A stretch of 64,000 nt of DNA from an uncultured Chloroflexota bacterium (GTDB taxonomy: Bacteria; Chloroflexota; UBA11872; VXNJ01): assembly GCA_964496475.1 (NCBI GenBank), contig CAZBZS010000001.1, positions 36,512 through 100,511 of the forward strand. The letters are read 5' to 3'. Position 1 is the first letter of the stretch. Every line of letters starts with the position of its first letter. Shown here piece by piece: positions 51,024 through 60,638 of the stretch. The translations under genes and the position numbers were made by a program. The notes under the pieces were generated by a model that was not told the origin of the DNA, did no database searches, and saw only the letters and a program-made list of their open reading frames with translations.

Positions 51024-52058
51024 ATGACTGACCGCATCACCACCCCCGAGGCATCCGGGCGCGAGCTGCAACAGGACGCCGCCCTGCGGCCGCGGACTTT
51101 TGATGACGGCGATTTCATCGGTCAGGCGCAGACCAAGGAGGGCCTGCGCATCCTCATCCAGGCCGCCCGGCAGCGCGGAGAGGCCGTGGACCATGTCCTG
51201 ATCTCCGGGCCGCCCGGGCTGGGCAAGACCACCCTCGCCTACATCATCGCCCGGGAGATGAACGCCAAAATTCGCGTTACCAGCGGACCTGCGATCGAGC
51301 GTCCCGGCGACCTGGCCGCTACCCTGAACAGCCTCGCCCGTGGTGACGTTCTGTTCATCGATGAAATCCATCGTCTCGGCAAGCCGGTCGAGGAAATTTT
51401 GTACCCCGCCATGGAGGACGGTCAGCTTGATCTGGTCGTGGGGCAGGGCTCAGGCGGTGTGCGTACCTACCGCATCGGCCTCCCTCCGTTCACCCTCGTC
51501 GGTGCCACCACCCGCCTGGGGCTTCTCTCCGCTCCCCTGCGAGACCGCTTCGGCGTTATCTATCGCCTCGATTTTTACAATGAGGAAGAGTGCACCCGCA
51601 TCGTGCGCCGCTCTGCCGGCCTTCTGGATGTCGAGATGGATGAAGAGGGTTGCCTGGATATCGCCCGTCGCGCCCGCGGCACCGCCCGCGTGTGCAATCG
51701 GCTCCTGCGCCGGGTCCGCGACTATGCCCAGGTCGAAGGCGACGGCGTCATCACCGGCGCCATAGCCCACACCGCCCTGGCCACCCTGGCCGTCGACGCC
51801 CGGGGACTGGACGATATGGATCGCCGGATACTTGACACCATCGTTTCCAAGTTCGACGGCGGCCCTGTCGGGCTCTCTACCCTCGGGGCCTCATTATCCG
51901 AGGATCCCACCACCCTTGAGGACTATCACGAGCCCTACCTGCTGCAGCTCGGGTTCATCGCCCGCACCCCTAGGGGGCGCGTCGCCACCCGGCTTGCCTA
52001 CGAGCACCTGGGCCTTGAGCCCCCGGCCGCGGACCGTGGCCAGCCCGCGCTCTTTTAG
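51024..52058 (+). CDS. ruvB: Holliday junction DNA helicase RuvB
   Basis: Walker [12 protein letters not shown], Walker [11 protein letters not shown], sensor and winged-helix C-domain. Confidence 0.95.
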   Translation: MTDRITTPEASGRELQQDAALRPRTFDDGDFIGQAQTKEGLRILIQAARQRGEAVDHVLISGPPGLGKTTLAYIIAREMNAKIRVTSGPAIERPGDLAATLNSLARGDVLFIDEIHRLGKPVEEILYPAMEDGQLDLVVGQGSGGVRTYRIGLPPFTLVGATTRLGLLSAPLRDRFGVIYRLDFYNEEECTRIVRRSAGLLDVEMDEEGCLDIARRARGTARVCNRLLRRVRDYAQVEGDGVITGAIAHTALATLAVDARGLDDMDRRILDTIVSKFDGGPVGLSTLGASLSEDPTTLEDYHEPYLLQLGFIARTPRGRVATRLAYEHLGLEPPAADRGQPALF

Positions 52059-52061
52059 GTC

Positions 52062-52364
52062 GTGTCTGTGACCGACGCCGGGCAGAATAACCTCGCCGGG
52101 GTCCACATCTACGCCTCCGGCCGCGTGCAGGGCGTCGGCTTTCGTTACTTCGTTACCCACCGCGCCGCCGAACTTGGAATCAGCGGATTCGTGCGCAACA
52201 CTCCCGATGGGCGGGTCGAAGTTCGCGCCGAAGGGACCAAATCCGCCTTGGAAGCGCTGGAGCAGGCGGTACAATCGGGACCGCACCTGGGTTCCGTAAC
52301 GGAGTTGGATGTCCGGTGGATGGACGCCACCGGCAATTATGTTGAGTTTCGCGCCACCGCATGA
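52062..52364 (+). CDS. acyP: Acylphosphatase
   Basis: IYASGRVQGVGFRYF and GFVRNTPDGRVEV motifs. A shorter GTG start is possible. Confidence 0.85.
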   Translation: MSVTDAGQNNLAGVHIYASGRVQGVGFRYFVTHRAAELGISGFVRNTPDGRVEVRAEGTKSALEALEQAVQSGPHLGSVTELDVRWMDATGNYVEFRATA

Positions 52365-53644
52365 TGGATAGTCCTTCCAGCACCAGCGAGGCGGCTGAAG
52401 TCTTCATCCGGGCTCCCGGCTCGGGTGGGCGGGCCCAATTCCTGGCCTGGGTCGTCCTCCTCTTCTCCTTCGCCGTCTTCGTGCTGGCGGTGATCTTCCT
52501 TCCCGGTCGTATCGTCGCCGCCGTCGGCAGGCTCACCGTCGACACCCCCCTGCAGGCCGAGCCCATCGAAGGCACCGTCCTGCTCAAAGGCCCGTTCGAC
52601 ACTGCGTGGAAGCAACTTCGCGAACCGGCCGAGGCCGGGCCGGGTACCCGCTTTAGCACCGATAGCCGCTCGCGGGCCTTCCTGGAGCTCTTCAACGGGA
52701 CCACCGTCCAGCTTTACAACAACACCGAACTGGTTCACAACGAGAGCCAGCGCGGCCGCTTCGACGAGGCCAATCAGAAGGTCGTCCTCACCCTCAACCG
52801 CGGCCGTCTGGCCGTGGGAGTGGCGCATTCCACCAGCGAGCAATCTCGTCATCTGGAAATCGCCACCCCCACCGGTCGCATGCTCCTGCATGAGGGCAGC
52901 TACGTCATCGAGACCTTTCCTGACGATCGCGTCGAGATCCTCGTCCGCCGAGGCAAGGCCACGTTCTTTTCTGGCGACGATATAGCCGAAGTCGGTGCGG
53001 GCGGTCGCGGCGGCTACGGACCCGGCATGACTCCCCGTGGAGACCTGCCCACCTTGAGTCCGCTCGTCCTCGATTCGCGCCTCGCCCGCCCCCTCAATTC
53101 CAGCCCCTGGCGGGCCTTTATCGAAACTGAGTCCGGGCCCAGCGGCCGCGTCATCGAAATCGCGGTCAACGCGACGCCCGGAGACGTGCCCGGACTCAAC
53201 CGCGACTTCGGCTACCGCTTCCGCCGAATGTCCAGCACCGAGGAGATCAACCGCCACGGTGAAGCCGGGGTCACCCAGATCATCAATCGAGACATCCGCG
53301 ATCTCGCCGAACTCCACATCCGCGCTCGGGTCCGTGTGGACTACCAGGGTCTCTCCGGAGGCGGCTCCCTCGGCACCGAGTACCCGATCATGCTCAAGCT
53401 TTTCTACATCGACAGCCACGGGCAGGATCAGATCTGGTATCAAGGGTTCTACGCCCAGAACGACGATGGCTTCTCCATCTCGGGGGGCACCGAAGTGCCG
53501 GCTGGCGAGTGGGTGGCCTACGACAACCCCAACCTCCTCCAGGTGCTCAACCCGACGCCGGTTTTCATCCGCCGTATCGAGGCCCTCGGCTCGGGGTGGG
53601 ACTTTGACTCCACTGTGATCGAAGTCGTCCTGGAAGGACGCTAG
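52361..53644 (+). CDS. FecR-domain-containing single-pass membrane protein
   Basis: N-terminal TM (FLAWVVLLFSFAVFVLAVIFL) then a FecR-like beta-sandwich pattern (VQLYNNTELVH...VVLTLNRGRLAVGV...LEIATPTGRMLLHEGSYVIETFPDDRVEILVRRGKATF). The C-terminal 200 aa are of unknown function. Confidence 0.6.
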   Translation: MMDSPSSTSEAAEVFIRAPGSGGRAQFLAWVVLLFSFAVFVLAVIFLPGRIVAAVGRLTVDTPLQAEPIEGTVLLKGPFDTAWKQLREPAEAGPGTRFSTDSRSRAFLELFNGTTVQLYNNTELVHNESQRGRFDEANQKVVLTLNRGRLAVGVAHSTSEQSRHLEIATPTGRMLLHEGSYVIETFPDDRVEILVRRGKATFFSGDDIAEVGAGGRGGYGPGMTPRGDLPTLSPLVLDSRLARPLNSSPWRAFIETESGPSGRVIEIAVNATPGDVPGLNRDFGYRFRRMSSTEEINRHGEAGVTQIINRDIRDLAELHIRARVRVDYQGLSGGGSLGTEYPIMLKLFYIDSHGQDQIWYQGFYAQNDDGFSISGGTEVPAGEWVAYDNPNLLQVLNPTPVFIRRIEALGSGWDFDSTVIEVVLEGR

Positions 53645-53660
53645 ACCTATCCCCCTCCGG

Positions 53661-54032
53661 GTGACAAACGGAATCGACGCCATCGAAATCCACCGCATCC
53701 GCGGCGTCCTCGACCGACACGGCGACCGCTTCCTGCACAAGGCGATCCAGCTCGTCGTCGACGGCACGACCGGTGGTCAACACTCCGAACTCGCTGCCCG
53801 TTTCGCGGCCAAAGAGGCCATTTCCAAGGCCCTCGGCACCGGCATCCGCGGAGTCTACTGGCGCGAGATGGAGATCGTTTCCGACCCCCGCGGCAAGCCC
53901 CTGGTGGTCCTCCACGACAACGCCCTGCGCCGCGCCGAGGAACTGGGAATCCAGGACCTGGGCGTCAGCCTCACCCACAGCCAGGACTTCGCCATCGCCA
54001 GCGTGGTCGGCATCATCTCCGATCCGGACTGA
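53661..54032 (+). CDS. acpS: Holo-[acyl-carrier-protein] synthase
   Basis: GIDAIEIHRI, RFAAKEAISKALG and VSLTHSQDFAIASV motifs. 123 aa. Confidence 0.9.
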   Translation: MTNGIDAIEIHRIRGVLDRHGDRFLHKAIQLVVDGTTGGQHSELAARFAAKEAISKALGTGIRGVYWREMEIVSDPRGKPLVVLHDNALRRAEELGIQDLGVSLTHSQDFAIASVVGIISDPD

Positions 54033-54087
54033 TGCTGCGAGCCGCCGTCGGCCCCGCAGGGGTAGGCCCGTCCGGGGATAATCGGGC

Positions 54088-55614
54088 ATGAATCTTCACC
54101 ACGTCGCTGCCGTCTCCGAGATGCGTGGCCTCGAGCGCGCCGCCGCCAAGGCCGGGATCACCGAGGCCCAACTCATGGACGACGCCGGGGCGGCCATCGC
54201 CACCGAGATCATCCGCGCCACTGCTCCCCTTCCCGGTCAGAAGATCCTGATTCTGGTCGGACCCGGCAACAACGGCGGCGACGGCCTGGTGATCGCGCGA
54301 CACCTTGCTCACGCCGGCGCATCTGTGGACATCGTTCTCGCCCAGTCCCGCTCCGACGACCGCAACCTCGATCTGGCCCTGGCGGCGTGGGTCCGAGTCC
54401 ATGACTTCGCTGAAATCCGCCTGCCCCTCATTGCCCGGAACGCGGACATAATCGTCGACTGCCTGCTGGGCATCAGCAGCCGCCCGCCGCTTCGGGGAGT
54501 TCTGTTGGAGATGCTTCAGCAAACCGCCAGAGTCCGGGCTTTCCGTGTGGCGTGTGACGTGCCCACCGGCATCGACGCCGATACCGGGGTGGCTGACACC
54601 GAGGCTTTTTCAGCCGATCTGACCGTCGCCGCCGGGCCGGCCAAGCTCGGCTGCCTGACCTACCCGGCCCGCGCCGTGAGTGGCTGCATCGTCGCCACCG
54701 ATATCGGCATCCCGGCCAGCGCACTTGACGCCCTCCCCGGCCGTATGATCACCTCCGCAGCAACTTCTTCGACCCTCCCCACGCGATCGCTGGATGCTCA
54801 CAAAGGAACCTACGGCCGGGTGCTGGTGATTGCAGGCAGCGCCCGCTTCCGCGGGGCTGCCATGCTGCCCTGCGCCGGCGCGCTGCGATCCGGCGCCGGC
54901 CACGTGACTCTGGCCGCCATCGAATCGGTCGTGGCCGCCACGGCGGCGCTTACGCCCAGCGTCACTTTTGAGCCCTTACCAGAAAAACAGGGCGTCATCT
55001 CCGCGGATGCGGCCCCAAATCTGGCCGAATTCGCAAACGCGGCCGCCGCCACCGTTCTGGGGCCCGGCCTCGACCGGACCGATGGCACGAACGGACTCGT
55101 TCGCGAAATTCTCGCCGGAGCCACCGCCGGCAGCCACCTCGTCATCGACGCCGATGCCCTCAACGCGCTCGCGCCGCTAGACGGCTCGATCTCCAACTCG
55201 GGAGCGGAATGCATTCTCACGCCCCATCCGGGCGAACTGGGACGCCTGCTCGACAGCGACACCGCGACCGTCAACGCCGACCGCCTCGCCTCAGCCCGCG
55301 AAGGGGCGAGTCGCAGCGGCAGTATCCTCCTCCTTAAGGGAGGCGGCACCGTAATCGGGACTCCCGGCGGCGAATACGCCATCGCCCCCCAAATCGCCCC
55401 GGCGCTGGCCACCGCCGGGTCGGGAGACGTTCTCGCTGGGATCATCGGCTCGCTTCTGGCTCAGGGTGTGGATTCGTTTCCGGCCGCCTCAGCCGGGGTT
55501 TTGATTCACAACCGGGCGGGCATGGCGGCGGCCAAAGAAATCGGCGCCGCCGGCGCCATCGCCGAGGATTTGCCCAGGTTTATCCCCGCCATCCTCGACG
55601 ACCTGACCACCTAA
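54088..55614 (+). CDS. nnr: Bifunctional NAD(P)H-hydrate repair enzyme (YjeF-N epimerase / YjeF-C ADP-dependent dehydratase)
   Basis: N-domain ILILVGPGNNGGDGLV. C-domain GTYGRVLVIAGSARFRGAAMLPCAGALRSGAG...GSGDVLAG. 508 aa. Confidence 0.95.
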   Translation: MNLHHVAAVSEMRGLERAAAKAGITEAQLMDDAGAAIATEIIRATAPLPGQKILILVGPGNNGGDGLVIARHLAHAGASVDIVLAQSRSDDRNLDLALAAWVRVHDFAEIRLPLIARNADIIVDCLLGISSRPPLRGVLLEMLQQTARVRAFRVACDVPTGIDADTGVADTEAFSADLTVAAGPAKLGCLTYPARAVSGCIVATDIGIPASALDALPGRMITSAATSSTLPTRSLDAHKGTYGRVLVIAGSARFRGAAMLPCAGALRSGAGHVTLAAIESVVAATAALTPSVTFEPLPEKQGVISADAAPNLAEFANAAAATVLGPGLDRTDGTNGLVREILAGATAGSHLVIDADALNALAPLDGSISNSGAECILTPHPGELGRLLDSDTATVNADRLASAREGASRSGSILLLKGGGTVIGTPGGEYAIAPQIAPALATAGSGDVLAGIIGSLLAQGVDSFPAASAGVLIHNRAGMAAAKEIGAAGAIAEDLPRFIPAILDDLTT

Positions 55615-55620
55615 ACCCGG

Positions 55621-56256
55621 TCACTCTCCGCCGCGTGTTTCCCAGCCTTCGTCAACCAAGCGTTCGATCGTGTCGTTGGCGAAGCCGCGCCGCTTCAGGT
55701 AGACGCCCAGCTTCTGTCGGAAGCTGGCCCAGTCTTCACCGGCTAGCACGATGGCTCGAGCCTCCGCCAGGGGCCGCGCCACCTCCAGTTCGCCTGGATA
55801 ATCCTGAGCCAGCGCGGAGTCGATGTGATCGTCGCACAAGCCTTTTTCTCGAAGTTCTCGCCTAATCAAACAGACGCCCTTGGGCCGCAGACTGATGCGT
55901 GATCCGACCCACGCCCGGGCAAAATCCTCATCGTTCAACAGGCCCTGGATCGTGAAATCGGTCACCAGGCCGTCGATCGTGTCCGGCTCCAGATTCTCCC
56001 GCCGCAGTCGCAATCGAATTTCCTGCTCGCTCCGGGGTCTTTCCCGAAGAAAGCGCAGCGCCACCGCTCTGCCGTGCCGCCGGTCGCTCTCCTTTACGGC
56101 GGCGTCCAGTTCTTCTTCATCCACCATGGAGGTATTTCCAAAGCCGAAATCCGCAAAGACCTCCCGCCTCAGTTCCAGTCTCTCTCCGTTCGTGAATTCC
56201 ACCCGCACCCAACCCCGCCGGACCCCTTTGAAGAAGTGACCCTCTATCTCCGGCAC
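55621..56256 (-). CDS. recX: Recombination regulator RecX
   Basis: Three-helix repeats (AVALRFLRERPRSEQEIRLRLRRENLEPDTIDGLVTDFTIQGLLNDEDFARAWVGSR). No recA in the window. Confidence 0.8.
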   Translation of the reverse strand: MPEIEGHFFKGVRRGWVRVEFTNGERLELRREVFADFGFGNTSMVDEEELDAAVKESDRRHGRAVALRFLRERPRSEQEIRLRLRRENLEPDTIDGLVTDFTIQGLLNDEDFARAWVGSRISLRPKGVCLIRRELREKGLCDDHIDSALAQDYPGELEVARPLAEARAIVLAGEDWASFRQKLGVYLKRRGFANDTIERLVDEGWETRGGE

Positions 56257-56257
56257 G

Positions 56258-56890
56258 CTAGAAGCGCGACTTCTGCCACAGCACCGCCCCCACCGTCGCC
56301 ACGCTGACCATGTAGTAGAAGAGCGACCTGATCAGAAGGTCAATTATCTGTACGGGCAGTGTTCCAGCGGGCGCACGGCCGGTTAGCGGCTCAATCACAC
56401 CGCCGAACCGCAGCACCGTGATCAAAACTGTTGCTATCAAGAGCCCTTGCAGAATCGACATCGCCCCGAATGTGATCGCGCCGCTCATACCCCGCTCTCG
56501 CTCGATTCCGCCCAGTCGCGTGGCGACCAGGAACCCCACCGCCACCCCCAGAATCATCCCCCAGGTGGAGAATGGCCGGTCGAGGCTTACGTAGACCTGC
56601 ACCAGACTCAGCGCGGTAGCGATCCCGGTCACTTTCAACACCTGGCCGGCGGCGCGCGCCCGGCGCTGAATCTCTGGCGGAGGCAGTCCCAGGCACTCAA
56701 AGCAGATGTTGCCCGCGTCCCGCCTCTCCAGACAGTCGACACAGTACGACCGTTTGCAGCGAATACAGACGAGCATTGTGTCGACCGTGCAGTGAGAGCA
56801 GACGCTCATTTGCTCGCCATCATCGCCGGCCGGCGGATGCTCGTGGTCGGCCTGACCGGGCGTCAGGGCATGCCGGTGATCCTCGCTCAT
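56258..56890 (-). CDS. Membrane protein with N-terminal Cys-rich zinc-ribbon (B-box-like) domain
   Basis: CSHC...CIRC...CVDC...CFEC gives eight Cys in four CxxC pairs, then 4 TM helices. 210 aa. Confidence 0.55.
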   Translation of the reverse strand: MSEDHRHALTPGQADHEHPPAGDDGEQMSVCSHCTVDTMLVCIRCKRSYCVDCLERRDAGNICFECLGLPPPEIQRRARAAGQVLKVTGIATALSLVQVYVSLDRPFSTWGMILGVAVGFLVATRLGGIERERGMSGAITFGAMSILQGLLIATVLITVLRFGGVIEPLTGRAPAGTLPVQIIDLLIRSLFYYMVSVATVGAVLWQKSRF

Positions 56891-56917
56891 CGCCCGCCGA
56901 CCCTCTCCTGAGCCCGA

Positions 56918-57595
56918 CTACTCCCCTGATCCCCCACCGGAGCCCCGATCCTTCGAGCTGGCAAAGTAAGTCGGCCACTCGGCCATCTGCAACTCTGTGC
57001 CCGCTGCCAGACGGCGCAGATTGGGTCGGTGCTGCCAGATGATCAGCGCGGATGTCGGAATTATGAATACCAGCCCCCAAGGTGAGCGCCAGGCGCCGGT
57101 TACATAGAGGATTGTGCCCACCGCGACCGCCGCCAGCGTTCCCGCCAGCGATCCCAGTGACACATACCGCAACGCGATTACGATGGATATCGCGATCGTT
57201 CCCCCCACCAGCCCCGCCACCGGATAGATGATCAACACCGCTCCGAACGCCGTCGCCACTCCCCGTCCACCCCGAAATCCTGCGAACACCGACCAGCTAT
57301 GGCCAACCACGGCGACAACTGCGACCGCAGCCTGCACCCAGGGAGCGTCCGGCAACACGAGCCCGGCGACTAGCGTAGCCAGCATCCCCTTCAAAAAGTC
57401 AGCCGCGAACACCATCAGACCGGCCTTCCAGCCCAGTACCCTGAAGGCGTTTGTGGCCCCCATGCTCCTGCTACCGCTCTCGAAGAGGTTGACGCCGAAC
57501 GCGAATTTGCCGACCACCAGCCCGAAAGGAATGGCGCCAATCAGATATGCCGACGCGACCAAAGCCACCGCCAACAATATTTCGCCTACGGTCAC
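56918..57595 (-). CDS. plsY: Glycerol-3-phosphate acyltransferase PlsY
   Basis: GSRSMGATNAFR matches the PlsY GSGNxGATN motif. 5-TM pattern. 225 aa. Confidence 0.9.
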   Translation of the reverse strand: MTVGEILLAVALVASAYLIGAIPFGLVVGKFAFGVNLFESGSRSMGATNAFRVLGWKAGLMVFAADFLKGMLATLVAGLVLPDAPWVQAAVAVVAVVGHSWSVFAGFRGGRGVATAFGAVLIIYPVAGLVGGTIAISIVIALRYVSLGSLAGTLAAVAVGTILYVTGAWRSPWGLVFIIPTSALIIWQHRPNLRRLAAGTELQMAEWPTYFASSKDRGSGGGSGE

Positions 57596-57628
57596 CCGCC
57601 CAGCCCTTTCTGCGACTCCATAGCTCGA

Positions 57629-58963
57629 TTACTCCCCCCGGCTCCCTCGGATTACCAGCCTAACCGGAGATCCGTGGAGGCCGAATTCCTCCCTGAAGCC
57701 GTTTTCTATGTATCGCACGAAATTATACTGAATCCGGCGCGGATCGCTGAAGAACAGCGTGAACGTGGGTGGCCGAGTCCCCGTCTGCGTCGCATACCGG
57801 AACTGGGCTGGTCGACCTCCACGACTCGGAGGTGGGCGTCGCCCGATCCACCGATTCAGAAACTGATTTAACCGGCCGGTCGTAATCGTGAATTTCATAG
57901 CGTCCGCCACCTTCAGCCCGGCCGGCACGATTCGTCCCACATTTGTTCCAGCCAGAGCCGAAATTCGCAGCACCGGCACGTGCCCCACAAAGCCAAAGCG
58001 GTATTTCATGCTTTCCTCGGCGATCCGCTCCGCGTACTCGTCCCCTTCTACCAGGTCCCACTTATTCGCCAAAATCACCAGCCCCCGGAAGTTGTCCACC
58101 ACGTAACCGCCGATGTGCGCGTCCTGATCCGTGGCCCCTTCGGTCGCGTCCAGCATCAGCAGGCACACGTCCGCCCGCCGCACCGAGCTCAACGCCCGCA
58201 GCACTGCATAGCGCTCGACCCCGGGGATCACCCGTCCCCGTCGCCGAAGACCGGCGGTGTCCACCAACAGCACCTCCCGCCCGTCCACCTCTATCGTCGT
58301 ATCCACCGTGTCTCGGGTTGTCCCGGCGATCTCGCTCACCAACGCCCGCTCCTCACCGGCCAACCGGTTCAGCAGCGAGGACTTCCCAACATTCGGACGT
58401 CCCACGATTGCCAGCCGTGGAGGGGTCGACGGGTCCGGAGCTGTCGACTCCATCTCCGGTAAACGGTCAGCCACCACGTCCAGCAGGTCCGCCACTCCCA
58501 ACCCATGCTGGGCCGACACCGAATAGGGGTCGCCCAACCCCAGACGATAGAAGTCCGGCGCCTGCTGCCCGCGGGCCGGGGTGTCGCATTTGTTGACCAA
58601 CAGCAGGGCCGGTTTTGCGCCGCGCCTCACTACCGCCGCCACCGCTTCGTCCCGGTCGGTGATACCAACCAGCACATCCACGACCACCAGTAGCAGATCG
58701 GCCTCCGACAGCGCCGCCCGGGCCTGGTCCTCGGCCGCCTCCGCCAGCTCGTCCAACCCCCGGGTATTAAGCCCGGCCGTGTCCATCAGTAAGAACTCCT
58801 TCCCACCCCAGTTCACCGTCTCATACGAGCGGTCGCGGGTCGTGCCCGGCATGTCCTCCACGATGACCTGGCGCCGGCCTACGATGCGGTTGAACAGGCT
58901 CGATTTGCCGACGTTCGGTTTGCCCACCAGCGCCACAATCGGCAGATCCACATTCATTCCCAT
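57629..58963 (-). CDS. der: Ribosome-associated GTPase Der (EngA)
   Basis: Two tandem GTPase domains (GKPNVGKSSLFN and GRPNVGKSSLLN) plus a KH-like C-terminus. Confidence 0.95.
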   Translation of the reverse strand: MGMNVDLPIVALVGKPNVGKSSLFNRIVGRRQVIVEDMPGTTRDRSYETVNWGGKEFLLMDTAGLNTRGLDELAEAAEDQARAALSEADLLLVVVDVLVGITDRDEAVAAVVRRGAKPALLLVNKCDTPARGQQAPDFYRLGLGDPYSVSAQHGLGVADLLDVVADRLPEMESTAPDPSTPPRLAIVGRPNVGKSSLLNRLAGEERALVSEIAGTTRDTVDTTIEVDGREVLLVDTAGLRRRGRVIPGVERYAVLRALSSVRRADVCLLMLDATEGATDQDAHIGGYVVDNFRGLVILANKWDLVEGDEYAERIAEESMKYRFGFVGHVPVLRISALAGTNVGRIVPAGLKVADAMKFTITTGRLNQFLNRWIGRRPPPSRGGRPAQFRYATQTGTRPPTFTLFFSDPRRIQYNFVRYIENGFREEFGLHGSPVRLVIRGSRGE

Positions 58964-58997
58964 GTCCGCCGGGCGTCAGGCCGACTGGATCCGGCCA

Positions 58998-59705
58998 TCA
59001 CTCCACCACCGGACGCGCGTCCATGGGGTTTCCAGCCTCTCCGGCAAGCACTCCCAAATAGCGCTCCGGCAGCAGGCGGGCGATTCGCGAAAGCATTTCC
59101 CACGCGGCCCATTCGGCAGCCTGCTGACGGCTCATCTCTTCGGAAGGGTCCAGCCTGAAAGGCTTCCCAAATTTCAGGCAGATGCGTTTGGCCGGACCCG
59201 TCGGTAATCGCGTGATGCTGACGTGTTCACTCCCGAACAATCCCACCGGCAACACCGACACCCCGGCCTTCAGCGCCAGATAGCCGACTCCCGGCAAGGG
59301 CTCGACCAACGCATGCGTAGGGCTGCGCGTGCCCTCGGGGAATATCATCACCGAATTCCCACGCTTCAGCAGCTGGAGCGCCCGGCGCACCGCGCCGATA
59401 TCGTTGCCCCGGCGATCCACCGGGAACGCTCCCAGAAACCGCAGGCCGAAGCCGATCACGGGATAGGCGAAAAGCTCTCTTTTAACCATGAAGTTGATGT
59501 GGCCCGGGTAGGCGCGGGCGATGAATTCGGGATCGGTGAAGTTGAGATGGTTGCTGACAATCAGATAAGGGCCACGCGCGGAAACGTTTTCAAGTCCCTC
59601 CACGGTCTGCTCGTCGGTGAACATTTCCACGTAGCGACCCATCACGCCCAGGAACAGATTGTAGAAGGCGCGCCGGTAGAGCGGCCAGTCGGCCCCGCTC
59701 ATCAC
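58998..59705 (-). CDS. plsC: 1-acyl-sn-glycerol-3-phosphate acyltransferase
   Basis: HxxxxD motif VSNHLNFTDP and the FPEGTRS motif. Confidence 0.9.
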   Translation of the reverse strand: MMSGADWPLYRRAFYNLFLGVMGRYVEMFTDEQTVEGLENVSARGPYLIVSNHLNFTDPEFIARAYPGHINFMVKRELFAYPVIGFGLRFLGAFPVDRRGNDIGAVRRALQLLKRGNSVMIFPEGTRSPTHALVEPLPGVGYLALKAGVSVLPVGLFGSEHVSITRLPTGPAKRICLKFGKPFRLDPSEEMSRQQAAEWAAWEMLSRIARLLPERYLGVLAGEAGNPMDARPVVE

Positions 59706-60418
59706 ATCGCGTCGGCTGCGGCGTCAACATCCGCTGCTGGCAGCCGTCGATAGGCGTCCACGATTTGCTCCGCGACCTCTTCCGCGGTGAGATCGTCCGT
59801 ATCAATAACCAGTGCACCGTCGGGCACCCGCAGTGGGGCGGTCTCACGTCTGCTGTCGATGCGATCACGAGTTTCCATCAAGGCTAGCACCCGCTCATAG
59901 TCCGATTCGCCGTCGCCGGTCTGTTTCTCCAAGTGTTTGCGGCGCGCCCGCACCTCCACCGAGGCGTCCAGGTAAACCTTCATCTCAGCCTGCGGCCAGA
60001 CCACCGTGCCCGTGTCACGCCCGGCCACCACCACCCCCCCAGTCCGCAGCGTTTCGCGCTGTTTCGGCAGCAGAACCCGACGTACGTCCGGGTGGCGAGC
60101 CACATCCGAGACGATCTTCTCCACCGCCTGCGTGTACAGGTCTCCGTTGACCTCCTCACCGTTGACCAACACCCGCTGCCCGCTCGCACTTTCGGCGTCC
60201 GCCTGGATCTCCAATCGGAGAGCCTGCGCTGCCGTCGTGGCCAGCATCTCGTCGCCGGCGTCCAGGCCCAGGCCGGACATCACCCAGGCGACCGCCCGGT
60301 AAAAAAGGCCTGTATCCACCACAACCAGCCCAAGCTTCGATGCCAGGATTCGCGAAACCGTCGTCTTGCCCGATCCCGCCGGACCGTCCATTGTCACCAC
60401 CGGCAGCCGCAAGCGCAT
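59702..60418 (-). CDS. cmk: Cytidylate kinase
   Basis: MRLRLPVVTMDGPAGSGKTTVSRILA P-loop start. The ORF-track extension to 60520 is spurious. Confidence 0.9.
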   Translation of the reverse strand: MRLRLPVVTMDGPAGSGKTTVSRILASKLGLVVVDTGLFYRAVAWVMSGLGLDAGDEMLATTAAQALRLEIQADAESASGQRVLVNGEEVNGDLYTQAVEKIVSDVARHPDVRRVLLPKQRETLRTGGVVVAGRDTGTVVWPQAEMKVYLDASVEVRARRKHLEKQTGDGESDYERVLALMETRDRIDSRRETAPLRVPDGALVIDTDDLTAEEVAEQIVDAYRRLPAADVDAAADAM

Positions 60419-60638
60419 CGTCTCCAATTCGCACCGCCGGCCCGTTCGGCAAGGCACCCGCCCGCCGCCACAGTCGACTTTACTGGACGGAAATTTGGCC
60501 GCGCTCGCCCTCCAGCCCAACCAAATCCCATCACGGCCATCACCGCAAAAACATCAGCCAATTATACCGGCGGATGCGAGCTTTCCCGACCGGGGCCTCC
60601 GCCATTCTGCCGGGCGAGGATAAGGAAGGACGGACGGT

